Assembly: GCA_010093815.1 (NCBI GenBank)
Contig: ML996576.1
DNA: 64,000 nt
DNA from: Pseudovirgaria hyperparasitica
Lineage: Eukaryota
Strand: one strand, 5' to 3'
The notes beneath the pieces were generated by a model, which saw only the letters and a list, made by a program, of their open reading frames with translations, did not search any database and had not been told where the DNA came from. The translations under genes and the position numbers were made by a program. Positions 27,157 to 39,797 of the stretch are shown here, piece by piece; within the stretch, counting starts at the first letter, position 1, and each line of letters begins with the position of its first letter.

Positions 27157-30100
27157 TTGTTTTGGTTTCGACCTCCTAAATTGCCATTACCAGCCAGATC
27201 TTTTCTTTTCTCACACTTGTACAGGTCAGGCACGCAAGACGAGTCTCAACCTTTTCCAGTTCCAATGCCTCAGGGAAGTCAGGACTCGCCATTGTTAGCC
27301 TTGAGGTCAACTGGCAGAGATGAATTTCCTTCTGCTACTGCTACGTCGCAAGCTAGCCAATACGCGAACACTTCACGTCAATCACAGAACTCAGCAAGTC
27401 ACTGTGAACATGATCTGTATGAGCGGCCCGGCGAACTTCCAGAGGATCCTATCATCATCACATCGAACCCCCCCAAATCGAACTATTCCCCCAATGCCGC
27501 CCCATCAGCAACCAATAATTACTTTCCGATAGATAGCGTTCATTTTCCAGGACTAAGGACAGGTGACGTTGTCATCCCTCTTACCTTTCTGAACAACTTT
27601 GCCTTCAACAATGACCCTCCTGAAGCACGCCATGCCAAGTTTGTGAAGCACGTATTGCAACACCTCTTCACTAGTCAAGATCGAGAGGAATTTAAGCTTG
27701 GCGGCACGGTCTTCGAAATAGTTCATCTGCACACAGAGAAGCTCGTCGTCGCCGGCGATCCTTTTCATGTTCTTCTATACGAAGAAAATGGAATGCTCCG
27801 GATCATGGACCTTCACGACCTTAATGCCCAGCGCGAGGAAGAGCTTAGTCACGACCAAGGTGAAGCTGCGCTCATCAAACGCGCCTTGATTGCACACCGC
27901 CAAGATAGACTTTCTCACCCCGTTCCTATTGATCCTAAGGGAAAGAAGCGGAGTAACGAAGACCTAGACATGCCATCGCTCCGAAGAATTGCCAAATATG
28001 CGGAAAGGATGGAAGAGCAGGAAGCCACAGAATTGGTCCCCTCAACAGCTCACTCCACAGACCAGCAGGACAACCATAAAGCTGTGAGCGAACCTGCGCA
28101 CTCTTTTCTGCAAGTCCGGTTTCGAAAGTGTAGCCAAGCAGCCCGGGTTCTACGACTTGTTTACAGTAGGCTTAAGAAAGCAGATCTTATACCGACATTG
28201 TTGAAAGTTTCGGCAACTAGTCGACGACTTAAGAGAGGTGAAATCTCCGATGTCATTACATGTGTAATCGAGTCTCATAGAGCCGCATGGGAAGTCATAG
28301 ACAAGCCGTATGCACGTGCCGAGCAAGAATACCGATATCGCCAAGGAGAGGCAGTTCCAGACGGTGACCGGGGACATGGTCTTCTAACAGAAGCTTTTTC
28401 TCGGGTGGCCCATCTTAAGACTCGTCTGTATTTGTATATCACCGCCATTGAAGGTCAAAGCTGGAGTGGTACCTTCCAAATTCAAAAGCAATGTGAGACC
28501 ATCGGGAGCACTGTGAAGAGCCTCGAGCTTGCTCAGTGGTGGCTCGGTGAGTTGACGTGCCAAGAAGAGCTGGCAAACTCACGCAAAGAGAAAGCGCACA
28601 ACGTTTCCCGCAAGCTTCGAAAGACGTACCATATTGGATCTACAGATGATTCCCAGGCCACTGAAGCCATAACAGAAGATCTGATTGGTATTCTGTATCA
28701 TGACCGCAAGAGTTCTGAAGACTCTATTCAGTTCTCTAGCAACGAGCAGGTGCCATCTGGCAATCCCTTTACAAATCTACCTAGAAACTGTCATCTGGAC
28801 ACTCCACCAGCAGCCATGAATGACAATCTTGGGGAAAGGCCCGTCTCTTCATCAGTTTCTGACGAGGTCGCTGCCAAGGCAAACAGGTCTTCGAGCAATC
28901 ACACTATTGCCACCACTGAACCTGGAAATAGTGGTTCGAAACCATACTGGGATTCATCGGCAGCTGAAATTGAGGCCTGGGACGTTGGTAAACTTCCGTC
29001 ATTTCGAAATTTCAGATTCCTGACAAAATTGGTACACACTATTCCGAAACATGTTGTGAAAGACCTACAGTTACTATTTCGCAACACTGGTGATTCAAAA
29101 AGAGTGCGGGCTGATAGTTGTGCTCGACTCATTGTATTGCTTATGCACGGACAGCGCCCTTGTGATCCATCGGAAGAGGCCACAAGGACGGTAATTCATA
29201 TCCGGATGGCCTATGAGACCGGCGACACTGGTCTATTATTCAACCCCGACACACAACCTGACTACGATGGTTTTCTTCGCGGTATTGGCAGGTCTAACAC
29301 CCTTCGGGTTTGGCGCGTCTTTCTCGATATCTTTGTGAACGTTTTGCATGCATGGAAGGAACCAACAGCTGCCTACGCGAATCTTCACTCCTCTGAGAAC
29401 CCAATGCCGACTATGGACCCTCCCAGTCGTCGTTCGCTCAATTCTTACTTTCGCGTTGTTGGAACATTGACCGACGATATGGCCAAGAACCAATCTATAG
29501 CATTGGAGCGGTTCCAGAGTCACATGCGTGACAGGGAACCCGATTCAGAAGACATTGAAGAACTACTGGAAAAGCGCCCAGAGTACCGAGACTATGAACA
29601 TGACCTAGTCGTCCTTAATCCGATGGCTAACGTAGATGAGTACGTTGTAATGTCTCAGGACAAGAAAACTTCTAGAGACCCGCCGTTGAAACGCCACCAG
29701 GTTGAGGGACTGCGTTTCCTTTGGCGAGAGATCGTCGAGGCGAAGGAACAAGAAGGATGCTTGCTTGCTCATACAATGGGTTTAGGAAAGTCTCGGCAGA
29801 TGTAAGTCGCGATATATCACACGATTTACGATTACTAAACTGGTGCCAGCATCGAATTCCTCCAAGTCCTACAGGAGTCTGCCAATTCTTCTAATACGAA
29901 TATAGCACAACTCGTACCGCCACATCTTTCAGAAGTCCGAGCTTTGCTACTCTGCCCAGCATCCGTTGTGGAGAACTGGTTTCATGAGCATAATAAATGG
30001 GGTATCGAATTAGAAGTCGTCGGCGGTCATATTATCCATACTATCAAAGCTATGGGAGGTACGTCACTTACACAGTTGAGATTAGACAAGATAAGATACT

Positions 30101-31872
30101 GGAACACTCACGGTGGGCTGTTGATCCTGAGCTATGACATGTTTGTCGGCTACACCAAGCCGGCGGCAGAAAGTGATACCGTCTGGAAGCCAACTGCGCC
30201 AAGAGCGAAACCTGAAAGCCAAATGACCCAAAAGCAACGCGACAATAAAGCGGCGCGAGAAAGTCGTGCAAAGAACAAAGCCGTCAAAGAGGAAATACAA
30301 CTTGAAGAGATCAAGACGCTGCTTCTCGACGCTCCAAATCTGGTCATCGCAGACGAGTCGCAGAGGCTGAAAAACATGGACTCAGTAATTGCACAGTGTG
30401 CTAGCAGATTTCGAACCAAGAGTCGAATAGCTCTCACCGGTACTCCGCTCTCTAACAACTTGGGAGAATATTACTCCAGCATCAATTGGATTGCGCCCGG
30501 ATATCTAGGTGACGCTCAAGATTTCAAGAGGCTGTACCAAAGACCAATCGAACAAGGTCTCTACAAGGACAGTGGGAAGGCATTATTCAAGAGATCTCGA
30601 GAAGTTCTGACCGTGTTGAGGGAAACCATCCGTCCAAAAATTCATCGCCGCGAGATTACATCATTAGAGGAACACATCCCCGGCAAAGTTGAGTTCATTA
30701 TCACGCTGCCACTTACGCCTATCCAACGTAAAACATACACCGACTTCGTCAGAGGACTTCATTGCGATGAGACAGAGAATAACTTCCGCATCTTCGGCTG
30801 GCTCTCCGCCCTGGCATATTTGAACACGCATCCTCAGTTTTTCCTAGAGAGACTAAAGGAACGCAAGCGCATACAACGCGAGGCCGCTATTCCCGCCATG
30901 ACTACGAGAGACAGTCATGGCCGCCTACCCGACGTCAACTTGGAAAGTGATACACCACTCGCACTATCGTCATTGTCCATCCCACCAAGGCTTATGGATA
31001 CACTCGAGAAAGATCTATCGGCGGTAGCAGACTTGGAAAGCTCTGTAAACTCATGGAAACTTGAAATGCTTCTAGAGATTCTTCGGTATTGCTCAACCAT
31101 TAAAGATAAAGTATTGGTATTCAGCCAATACAAGACGACCCTTAGATTCCTTCAGCGACACATAGAGAACATCAATCTCCCGTGTTTCGTCCTGGATGGA
31201 GATGTGTCTCATGAGAAGCGTCTTGAAGACATCCATGAGTTTAATACGAGCGTTGATTGGTCCGTCTACCTTGTTTCAACGTTGGCTGGAGGCACAGGCC
31301 TCAACATGTATGCTGCTAACCGGGTCATTACCTTCGACCACCACTTCAATCCCGCCATGGAGGAGCAGGCCATCGGGAGAGCATATCGTCTTGGCCAGAC
31401 GAAGAAGACGTTCGTTTATCACCTCGCTCTAGGTAATACGTTCGAGACTGCGCTGCACATCACGCAAGTGTACAAGCAGCAGCTTGCGGCACGGGCTGTG
31501 GATGGTCAGGCGCCGTTGCCTCAAGCAAACCACGTCAAGGAGTACCTTTTCGTACCGGTTGAGGACGGTGATCCTGGCTCCATTGTCTGCGCCGGCGCGG
31601 ATGAGAGCGTGTTGGGGCCGATCTCGGCCGTCAAAAAGATCCCCATCTTGGGGGTCCTGACGACGGACGAGTATCGGCGCCTCAACCCAGAGGAGGCGGT
31701 GGATGACGGGCCGGAGAGTGTGGCGGTGGAGATGGGGAAGTGGGGGGGAAGTGAGATGGTGTTGGCCCTGCGGAGGAGGGCCGGGGAGGGGATGGAGGAG
31801 GAAGGAAGAGAGGAGACCGGGGCCCCAGCGGTCCTAGACTCCGAGTCTATGGAGGAGGACTTAGATATCTAG
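27157..31872 (+). CDS. Divergent ATRX/Rad54-like (SAD-6-type) SNF2 ATPase with long unique N-terminus; intron about 29802-29850; start codon uncertain (ATG at 27265 possible)
   Basis: GCLLAHTMGLGKS (ATRX-type motif I), LLCPASVVENW, IADESQ, ALTGTPLSNN, KVLVFSQ, STLAGGTGLN, EQAIGRAYRLGQ. Confidence 0.85.
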
Positions 31873-32822
31873 GTCGCCGGGGCAGGAGAGTGTACGATAT
31901 GTAGTAGATAGACCGACGGGTCTCTAAACTCAAAAACATGCAGAACCTTGTCCGAGTAGCGACTTTCCGCTGCTTGTTCCATTTGTGAAGTGTTTTATTC
32001 TGTGGCCAACAGATTTTCGCGCTGCTCCCACCTTCAAGCAGAGACATACGTTGAATTACTAATTGAGGTTATTTTATACGTGCCTAGAGATGAGACCCAA
32101 GGCATAAAGAGGGTATCAGTCAACGAAGTCAGTCATGTGTGGTTGACGCCCACATTATCGCGGATAGAGGCCTACTCTACAAGAACTTCCTCTACGTTTC
32201 CGCTGCGTTTTTGATAACAATAGAGGATATATAACATTCCACTGGAATCAAGTGGCTCGGATGCTGTGTAGAGTCGTACTCACGAAGTAGACAGTCACGT
32301 TCGGTAGCACAAACATCATGAATACAGGCTTGATCTTGTACAAATCTCATGTGTGTAACGAACCTGAATTGTTCATATCCAAAGGAGCATACATAGCATT
32401 CTATGGCGAGGACGCGACACCAATCTCGGGTATATTTAGCCCACCAACTGTGTCATTCGTGATTGAGGCACTAAATGATACCTTGTATAGTCCTGCTATA
32501 TAAGGATTTTCGGCTCCCGACAACCATGGTTACTGTTACCCTTATCCAGCCTATACAGTGCTATTTTACCCATAAGGAACATAATATCATGTAGGGGGAA
32601 GCGCAGGAAGTGAATAATTCGCGTTCAATACCTCAAAATTTGCCCCCGAAACGTACATGTACGCAGTTGTTCACTGTTAATCGCCTCAGATATATCGTAC
32701 CCAATGCACCAGATTATGCCCTACTTCTAGTAACAGGTCTTAGCTCGAAGTAGGTAGGAACTTCTGGAATGAGTTTTCCATGTTGGAGACCTCATATTTT
32801 GGTAAGTGATTCCCAAAGCTGC

Positions 32823-34814
32823 TCATCTCTTCGCACCATTACACCCCCAAATACTCTTCAGGTAATTCTGTACCAACTGTGTTGGCCATCCATGTTTGTT
32901 CTCGTGTAACTCCAACATTTCTAAAATGGAATCTTGCTCCCGTTGGAGTCCTTCACCGATGAAATGTTCGCCGCACAGCTTCACGATTGCCGTAGACATT
33001 ATCATTGCAGATGCAAGGTGCATATTACACAGCGCTATCCCGCATATTGCTCGTACATGATAACGTACACGTTCATCGACTTCCTTGAGTGCTTGTGCTG
33101 CTCGTCGGAGGTTGTGGATGCCACCACCGGCGGATGGGTAGCCAGTCTGCAGGGACGGGTCGTGTGACACGAGGAGGATGAGGCAGACGTGTAAATGCAT
33201 GGCGCTCATAATTTGGATGGGGCGGTGGAAGTAGATCAATGGAAATGGGCTGTCCGGCGGTGGTTTCTCCTCGTACATGGGCTTGAAGTGCGTTGGTTGA
33301 AGGGCGTCCCATTTCTTCGCGTACTCCATATGTCGGTTCCATTCACCTTGGCTTTGTACCTTATCCTGGGTATCATTGCCGTAGCAAAAGGCTAGAATGT
33401 CCATACAATGCAAGATTATACGGAAAGCCCATGTGCGATCGTCTGCAGGTGCAAATGAACGGTCGAAAGCGCTATCGAGATCTAAGAATGGTGCGGTCGG
33501 ACGTTGGGCCATGAGTGCTGCAGTCACTTCTTGATGCAACGCAATGCATATGGCGGCTTGGTGTAGACCCCCGTTCGCGATGGCAGCGCTCATCTGTGCA
33601 TTCATGAGAAGCTGTACGCCCTTGAGTTGGCGTTCGTTGTCGTATCCCGTGAGTGAAACTGCGACTGGTCAGCTCGTTCGATGTCCGCAGCTGCATAAAC
33701 AAACCATCAAGCTCTTCTAGCAATCTGAGGACGACCGTCGCACATAACAGGTCGACGTCGTTGATCGCATTTGATTCTCGGACCATTGGAGAGATTGCAT
33801 CGAGCACCTTCCGTGAGTACCCGTCGGACACATAGGGATCAAAATCACCGATGCGACTCAGATGCCGCGCCGAAAGCGCAAAGATAGCTTGTTGAAGTGT
33901 TGGGCAACTCGCCGCCCGGTAAGGCAAAACGAAAGTAAAATGCCGGTCTGGGTCAAGCACATCCATGAACTTACCAATGACTTGGACATAGTGTTGCATG
34001 AGATAAGCCTCTTGTGCAGATTGCAACGACCAACGAGAGAAGCTTGACGAATCGGTATTGGGTCCTATAATGAGGTAAGAACTCGCAATTGACGAAGGCT
34101 TGGTGTCAGAGTTTGGCGGAGACCGAGTCCATTCAGATGACCTAAGTCCACCTCTAGATGAGTACTCTCGAACTTCTGCCGGACCAGCTGAGGCCCTCGA
34201 AGATGTAGCAGGTGACTGCAATGTCGACTGAGGAAGAGGTGATATCACTGCATGAGAAGTGGCAGGTCTATCGCGCCCTGCGCTTGACACTTCAGCGGCA
34301 AGTCTCTGGCGTAGATTTTCCGCATCAGGACGAGTTGAAGCCGTCCAAGCATCATCTTCATGACCGTAGGTCGTTCGTAGCTCTTGAGTGTCGTCTATCC
34401 AGTGTACTACATATGTGTGAGCAACAGGTCAGGGTAGCAGCGGTACTGTCTTACGATTCTTCGCAGGTTTTACCCATACTTGCCCCTGATCAAATTCCTG
34501 CTGACGTTTACCAGTCCCTCGAGCGGGCGCCACGCTGGGATTGTCACCATGCCGGAATTGTATTGAATCCTTGATGCAAGTGAAGCTGTGAGAAATGCAA
34601 TTCACACAACTATCCTCATTGCTAACTATATAACATAAGCGTTTTTTCCACGATGGTCTTCGTGTGTATCTACTGGTGATGCATTTGATATGTCGATCTC
34701 GGCATGGGAGGCTGCATCCATGGGTCAGACAAGGTGCTAGCTTTGTTTATGAATACGGATCTTTCTCTCCTACCAACAGTTTGACCTGCCCTTTGGCACC
34801 TCAACGGAGGTCAT
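32823..34814 (-). CDS. Zn(II)2Cys6 transcription factor with fungal-specific C-terminal domain; cluster exons missed by the ORF track
   Basis: Manual splicing gives MTSVEVPKGRSNC-C|LPCRDRHIKC...CVNCISHSFTC then IQFRHGDNPS and EFDQGQVWV; downstream EAYLMQHY, DVLDPDRHF, AIFALSARHL, VRAICGIAL, HGWPT. Confidence 0.8.
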
Positions 34815-34920
34815 ACGGATCGACCCATCTATGGAACATGGAGAATTGATAATGTGAATCCGAACAGATTCATCGCCTGACTTTTCTCAACCCTGCGGGG
34901 TAAGTAGCCGCTTGGGGAAA

Positions 34921-34959
34921 TCCCGGCCGGGATCAAATGCCGAATGCACTCATTCGGCA
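34921..34959. promoter_or_regulatory. Two adjacent CGG/CCG palindromes about 110-145 bp upstream of the Zn2Cys6 gene
   Basis: tcccggccggga (34921-34932, perfect palindrome) and tgccgaatg-cact-cattcggca (34938-34959). Confidence 0.4.
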
Positions 34960-36235
34960 ACCTTTTGCGAGGACGTAGCCAGTACTCCATGGATCGGCTT
35001 GTGATTGCTCATTTCAGTTGCCGAGCTGCCCAAATGCCAGCATACTAGTATCAGTCAGGTTTCGTTCTCGAACGACGATACTCATCTTCATGGTGAATAA
35101 TCCTGATACTCAGAGCTCATGACCATTTAATTATGGAGAACTAAGAGTGTCCAATCAACATTTTGTCTACAGGGCACCGACCGGGGAACAGCAAAAGAAT
35201 ATTATTTTGGCGACATTCTGGGCAGTCCTTATCTAACATCCAACAACACTACCAGGTTTTCGTTCGTGCCGGCGAATAGTCTGAGATATTGTTGAACAAG
35301 CCTTTGGTCTGTTGGAATAGATCGATATGACATTGACGCCAACGCGTTAAGGGCGATATCGTAAGGAGTAGCCGTGCACTGTGTTGGCTGTGCTTTTAAC
35401 ATATTGCCACGGACTCTGATCGTACATACTCGATCAATACTGGGTTATTATCAGTCTCATCATCTCACTACCGTTATAGGAGGCTATATATCGATGTTGT
35501 CACCATAAATTTAGTGGCGAAGCTCAGAAATTCGTGGTCGATAGTGGGATGATATTTGGCGTTTTACGGCCAAGTTGGCCCCGACCATCACAACACGTGC
35601 CTTAGGATAAACGTCGCGAGATTGGTATTGTAGACTACCGAAAAGGCAGACCGAACAGTTATTAGTGTAGGTGACAAAAATATCTTTCCGAAAGATGAAA
35701 TATTTGTAGAGAACATTCACAATGTCAAGCTCTCATCACAAAACACCATTCTCCGAGTAGTCGCGCACGTTACTTTGATGGCTAGGCAGGATTTTTTAAC
35801 AGACTAGGTGCAGCTTCGAGCCCGAGAATATTTGCTCATAGAGAGAAGGGCACAAGGCTGTTTTTGACCCCGGTGGATGTGATGATGACGACGATGAGCC
35901 GGAGATAGGGGCGAAGAGCCTAGCGACCGGAGGGCCTGTAATTCTGATGACGTACTAAGGAAGCAATCACTGGTATATACTCCTCAGGGAGAGCTTGGAG
36001 GCTAAGGATTGCCAAAAGTGCCTCTCGATGCTACAGTACGTTCCGCTCTTCTGAGTCTGCTCAACGTCGTCTAAAGGCGGGTATTTCGAAGAGCGGCTTC
36101 GGTTGTCCCAATATGCCACCACCAACGCCAGTAACGCTTTACGCCGGATCTTATAGACCAACCTTACAATGCACCATATCCCGAAATGAAAACGATGCCC
36201 AATAAATTGTATGTGATTTTCGCTTCGAAGTAAGC

Positions 36236-37150
36236 TCATAGTGCATCCTCTGCTGCCGGAGGGGGCGGTGGGCCTCGCATTGCAGCAGCACCAGCGAGAT
36301 CGTGCCCTTCTGTTGCAGCCTCGTCCCCTGTTTGTTCTGGCACAGGACGCCCTTCGAACATCCATACCCACCATTGTGGAGGGTCAAACGGCTTCTGGCC
36401 GTTATGCAGGGGCGGGTAGACATCATTGAAGAAGTACCATACTAGATACACATTAGCTTCTCGTTGTTTCCAGAGATCTTATGCCCACTAGCTTACTATG
36501 TCCGATCACAATTCCACACATTTCATCCTTCGGAACAGTCTCATGTAGCACGAAGCTAAACACCAGCAGTACCCAGGGCAGGTACGGCGCTCGGAAGACA
36601 AGCAGTCCGAAGAAATTGAGCCTCACATCAGGATTTTTACGACTCCAGACATACACCAATATACTGGACAGCGCAGAACCCAAGAAAGCCATATTAAAGA
36701 GCGGCGCGATGCATAGTAGGGCTGTGATGGAGTATGCCAGCAACCACGAGAAGCGTGCTGGCGACCGGCCTGAAGACTCCTCCAGGAGGCGTGAATACCG
36801 TTGAAGGAAGAATAGATGAAATACGAGGTCTATCGATAATGGCCCATAATAGAAGAATGTGGTAATGAGTCTCCAGTACTATGTGCCAGGCCTCGTCAGT
36901 ACCTGTCAACTATAGGGCGTGCTCGCTGCCAGTCGCATGACGAAGCGCTTCAGTGTGGACGTACCTGCGATTTATACCATACAGTTCGAAAACTGTAGAA
37001 GAGTTGGAAGGGCGTAAGGACATGGCATTGTACAAGTACGCTCGCCGCGAGCGTCGCTGTGGTCCACCATCTCGTACACACAGGCATTTCGTAGAACCAC
37101 TGTTCCAGGGGAAATTGACCGATCATGCCGTTTCCACCGACCATAGCCAT
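36236..37150 (-). CDS. DER1: Derlin (ERAD rhomboid pseudoprotease, Der1-like); 2 introns
   Basis: EMPVCTRWW, YWRLITTFFYYG, RYSRLLEESS, YVWSRKNP, APYLPWVL, GIVIGH, YFFNDVYP. Confidence 0.9.
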
Positions 37151-37756
37151 GATGGATGACTAGAGCGCCAGTTTTTGCGTATATTTAGAGCGTAAATGCG
37201 CTGTTCGAAAGTCGTTGGAAGGGGGATGGGAGCAGCGGACGCCGCTGGAGGTGAGATTGGAGGTTGGACGAAGCAGAGCAGGGCCACCAAAATAATGGGT
37301 ATATTGTGAAGTGAGCGAGAATAGATATGTTTGTGACTGCTTCAAATTCAGTAAGCTGTACGAATAACGAGCAGCACAGAAGTTTGAGCAAAATCGATTC
37401 TTTATCAGTCACAAGTATCTTACACGTTTCCTCACTCACAACCTCCCCAAAGCACCCGCGCTCGTCATCGGCTCTAAGACAGAGCTAACCCGCAAAGGAA
37501 AGGTCACTGTGGAGTTGCCATCTGCCAGAGGTACTCATCAGCCACAGCCAAGCTCGGTCCCGGGCGGCAGCACATTTCGCCGACATCCACCTCAGCCACA
37601 TCTTTTCCATCACCGGGTTAACACCACGATATCGCGATAAATGAGCCTTGCCCGCTCTCCACGCTTCGTCAGCGCGACCCCTCCACTGTGCATGTCCTTC
37701 TTTAGATACACCTCGACCGGAGTTACCACAAAGTTGCCACACGACACAAATACACG

Positions 37757-37792
37757 ACGCGTAAACAGCCTCACTCCTACGACCCGACGCGT
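37757..37792. promoter_or_regulatory. Two MCB boxes (ACGCGT) and an overlapping forkhead-like GTAAACA upstream of CENP-A
   Basis: ACGCGT at 37757-37762 and 37787-37792; GTAAACA at 37761-37767; 95-130 bp upstream of the ATG. Confidence 0.55.
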
Positions 37793-37887
37793 CGCGACCA
37801 GCCACATCGCGACTCTCGTACGGCGCATCATCCACACCACCAACCAGTACTGCTCCACACCTGATTGTCCACACAGAACACGTCGCT

Positions 37888-38443
37888 ATGGCGCCGAAAC
37901 GGGGTGTCGTGCCAACAAGGGGAACATCGTCACGCGGCCGCGGTGGGCGCAGGAGCACAGGCGGTCGGTCGAGCCTAGGGAACAACCAACGTACGTCGAC
38001 GCCAGGAGCAAACATATACTTTGCCAGTTCTCGCCTCCTACCCTAGACGTGTTTCGGATTCTCCAAACCTTCTGAATTCATAATTGACCCCCTAAAAAGC
38101 AGGCGACCCTCTCCCGACCCCACGCAAAAAACACCGATATCGTCCGGGCACGCGCGCTCTAAAAGAAATCCGCGCATATCAGAAATCAACCGACCTGCTA
38201 CTACGCAAACTGCCCTTCGCGCGGTTGGTGCGCGAAGTTGCGCTGTCCATGGTACCCAGCGGCGAAGTGATGCGGTGGCAGAGTCAAGCGATCCAGGCGT
38301 TGCAGGAGGCGGCGGAAGCGTTTCTGGTGCATTTGTTTGAGGATACGAATCTGTGTGCAATACATGCGAAGCGGGTGACAATTATGCAGAAAGATATCCA
38401 GTTGGCGAGGAGAATCCGGGGCAGTTGGGGGGGCTCGGGATAG
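37888..38443 (+). CDS. CSE4: Centromeric histone H3 variant CENP-A; intron 37991 to 38099 or 38102
   Basis: Divergent N-tail [12 protein letters not shown]; histone fold [23 protein letters not shown]; longer loop 1 and W in MRWQSQA (canonical H3 has RFQ); ends RRIRGSWGG. Confidence 0.93.
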
Positions 38444-39355
38444 GGGCCAGGGTGAATAATGAGACGAGAGGAGGGGACTGTATGTACGAGTGTGTATATG
38501 GGAGTGGTATGGATATGAGAGGTGCAGAGATACCTGATTCCTTTTCGCGTTGGGCAATTAGGACACACACATGGCGTTCACGGAACGGAGCATGTCTTGG
38601 TCGGATATATGTCCTTTCGAGTTACATTTTATTGCATTCCATTAGCCTTGAATCCACGCTAGAAGTACCTCCTTTGGTTAAAGTGATCATTCCTCCTAGC
38701 CCACACGATAATTGATTCTGAGTTTCCACACAGCTCAAAGGTGTGGAAATGTTTTCTTTGTATCATTGGGTGGAGTGCGTACAGCTGGAGATGAGCTCTG
38801 GTGTCGACGAGAACGGCGGTTTTTAGGCACGAGCGTGTGCGAAATCATCTCGACCACTGTTCTCCCTGCATATGTTTTGTTTTCCTCGCTCGTTGTATCT
38901 CGGACTATTCGACCTTGAAACCATTTCACCCGGAATCTTTCGCAAGAAAAATTGCCAGGTTAGGAGTGCCTATACTGGTGTTAGACCTAGCGGATCTATG
39001 CGCGTCCATAGGATTGGCTCAGCAGGCGTGCTGTCCTGTAGATGACCGGCGAATTGGCACGATAAGTCTCGAACAAGTGACCGACCCGATGTTCATGACC
39101 GATCCTGTATGCCTGATTGGGCTCTAGCGACGCGACGATAAGTACTCGAGGACCGCGAGTTCTGAATGTGCGCAGTGTTAATTCTAGTCTTCTCAACTTT
39201 GGAAGCTGAGATGTCGTAGATCAGGAACGTCAAGGTGATCTTTGCCATCGAAGACGTGTCCTGTCAGAGCCAGGAGAGCTAGATTCTCAAACAAAAGTCT
39301 TTAGTCGGGCACTTGAGTATGATTGGGAATATATAGCACGCCCAGCGACCTATGA

Positions 39356-39797
39356 CAGTGACGTGAGCATATACAATCGGATACAATCCAAGGTCCTAGA
39401 TTAGGATTGTATGATTAGTCACCCTAAAAGTTGAGATTGATTGTGTTAGATTGAATAAAGTGGTGTATACACCGGGGGCCCCATATTAGGCTACATTTAG
39501 GCATTCTTTATGCCTAAGGCTGCCATATTAGTGCCTAAGGCTTCCGTATTAGTGCCTTAGGCTAAAACATAGGCCTTAGGTAGAAATGATGCCTGAATAT
39601 GGCCTAATATTAGGCCCGTAGCTATACCTAGGTATATACCTCACTTTATTCAATCTAACACAATCAATCTGACTAATCGGATTGAGATTGTACCGTCTTG
39701 GCAATCATTTTGAGGCGTGGATTGAGCTTGTATTCTCTATTAAAATTTTGGCCCAGATTGAGATTGCACAGATTCGGATTGTATATGCCCATCGCTG
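39356..39797. mobile_element. Non-autonomous palindromic DNA element (MITE-like, possibly hAT-type termini)
   Basis: Imperfect outer TIR cagtgacgtgagcatatacaatc / gattgtatatgcccatcgctg; perfect 29-bp inner inverted repeat at 39434-39462 and 39642-39670; many caatc/gattg repeats; no convincing TSD. Confidence 0.7.

Noticed and set aside
31700..31830. G-rich purine tract (possible G-quadruplex) at the SNF2 3' end
   Set aside because: Explained by Glu/Gly codons; G-runs are irregular
35879..35946. GTGATGA...CTGA resembling a C/D-box snoRNA
   Set aside because: No terminal stem and no identifiable rRNA-antisense guide
39490..39570. Short direct repeats as a CRISPR-like array
   Set aside because: Eukaryotic context, no unique spacers; simple tandem units inside the MITE
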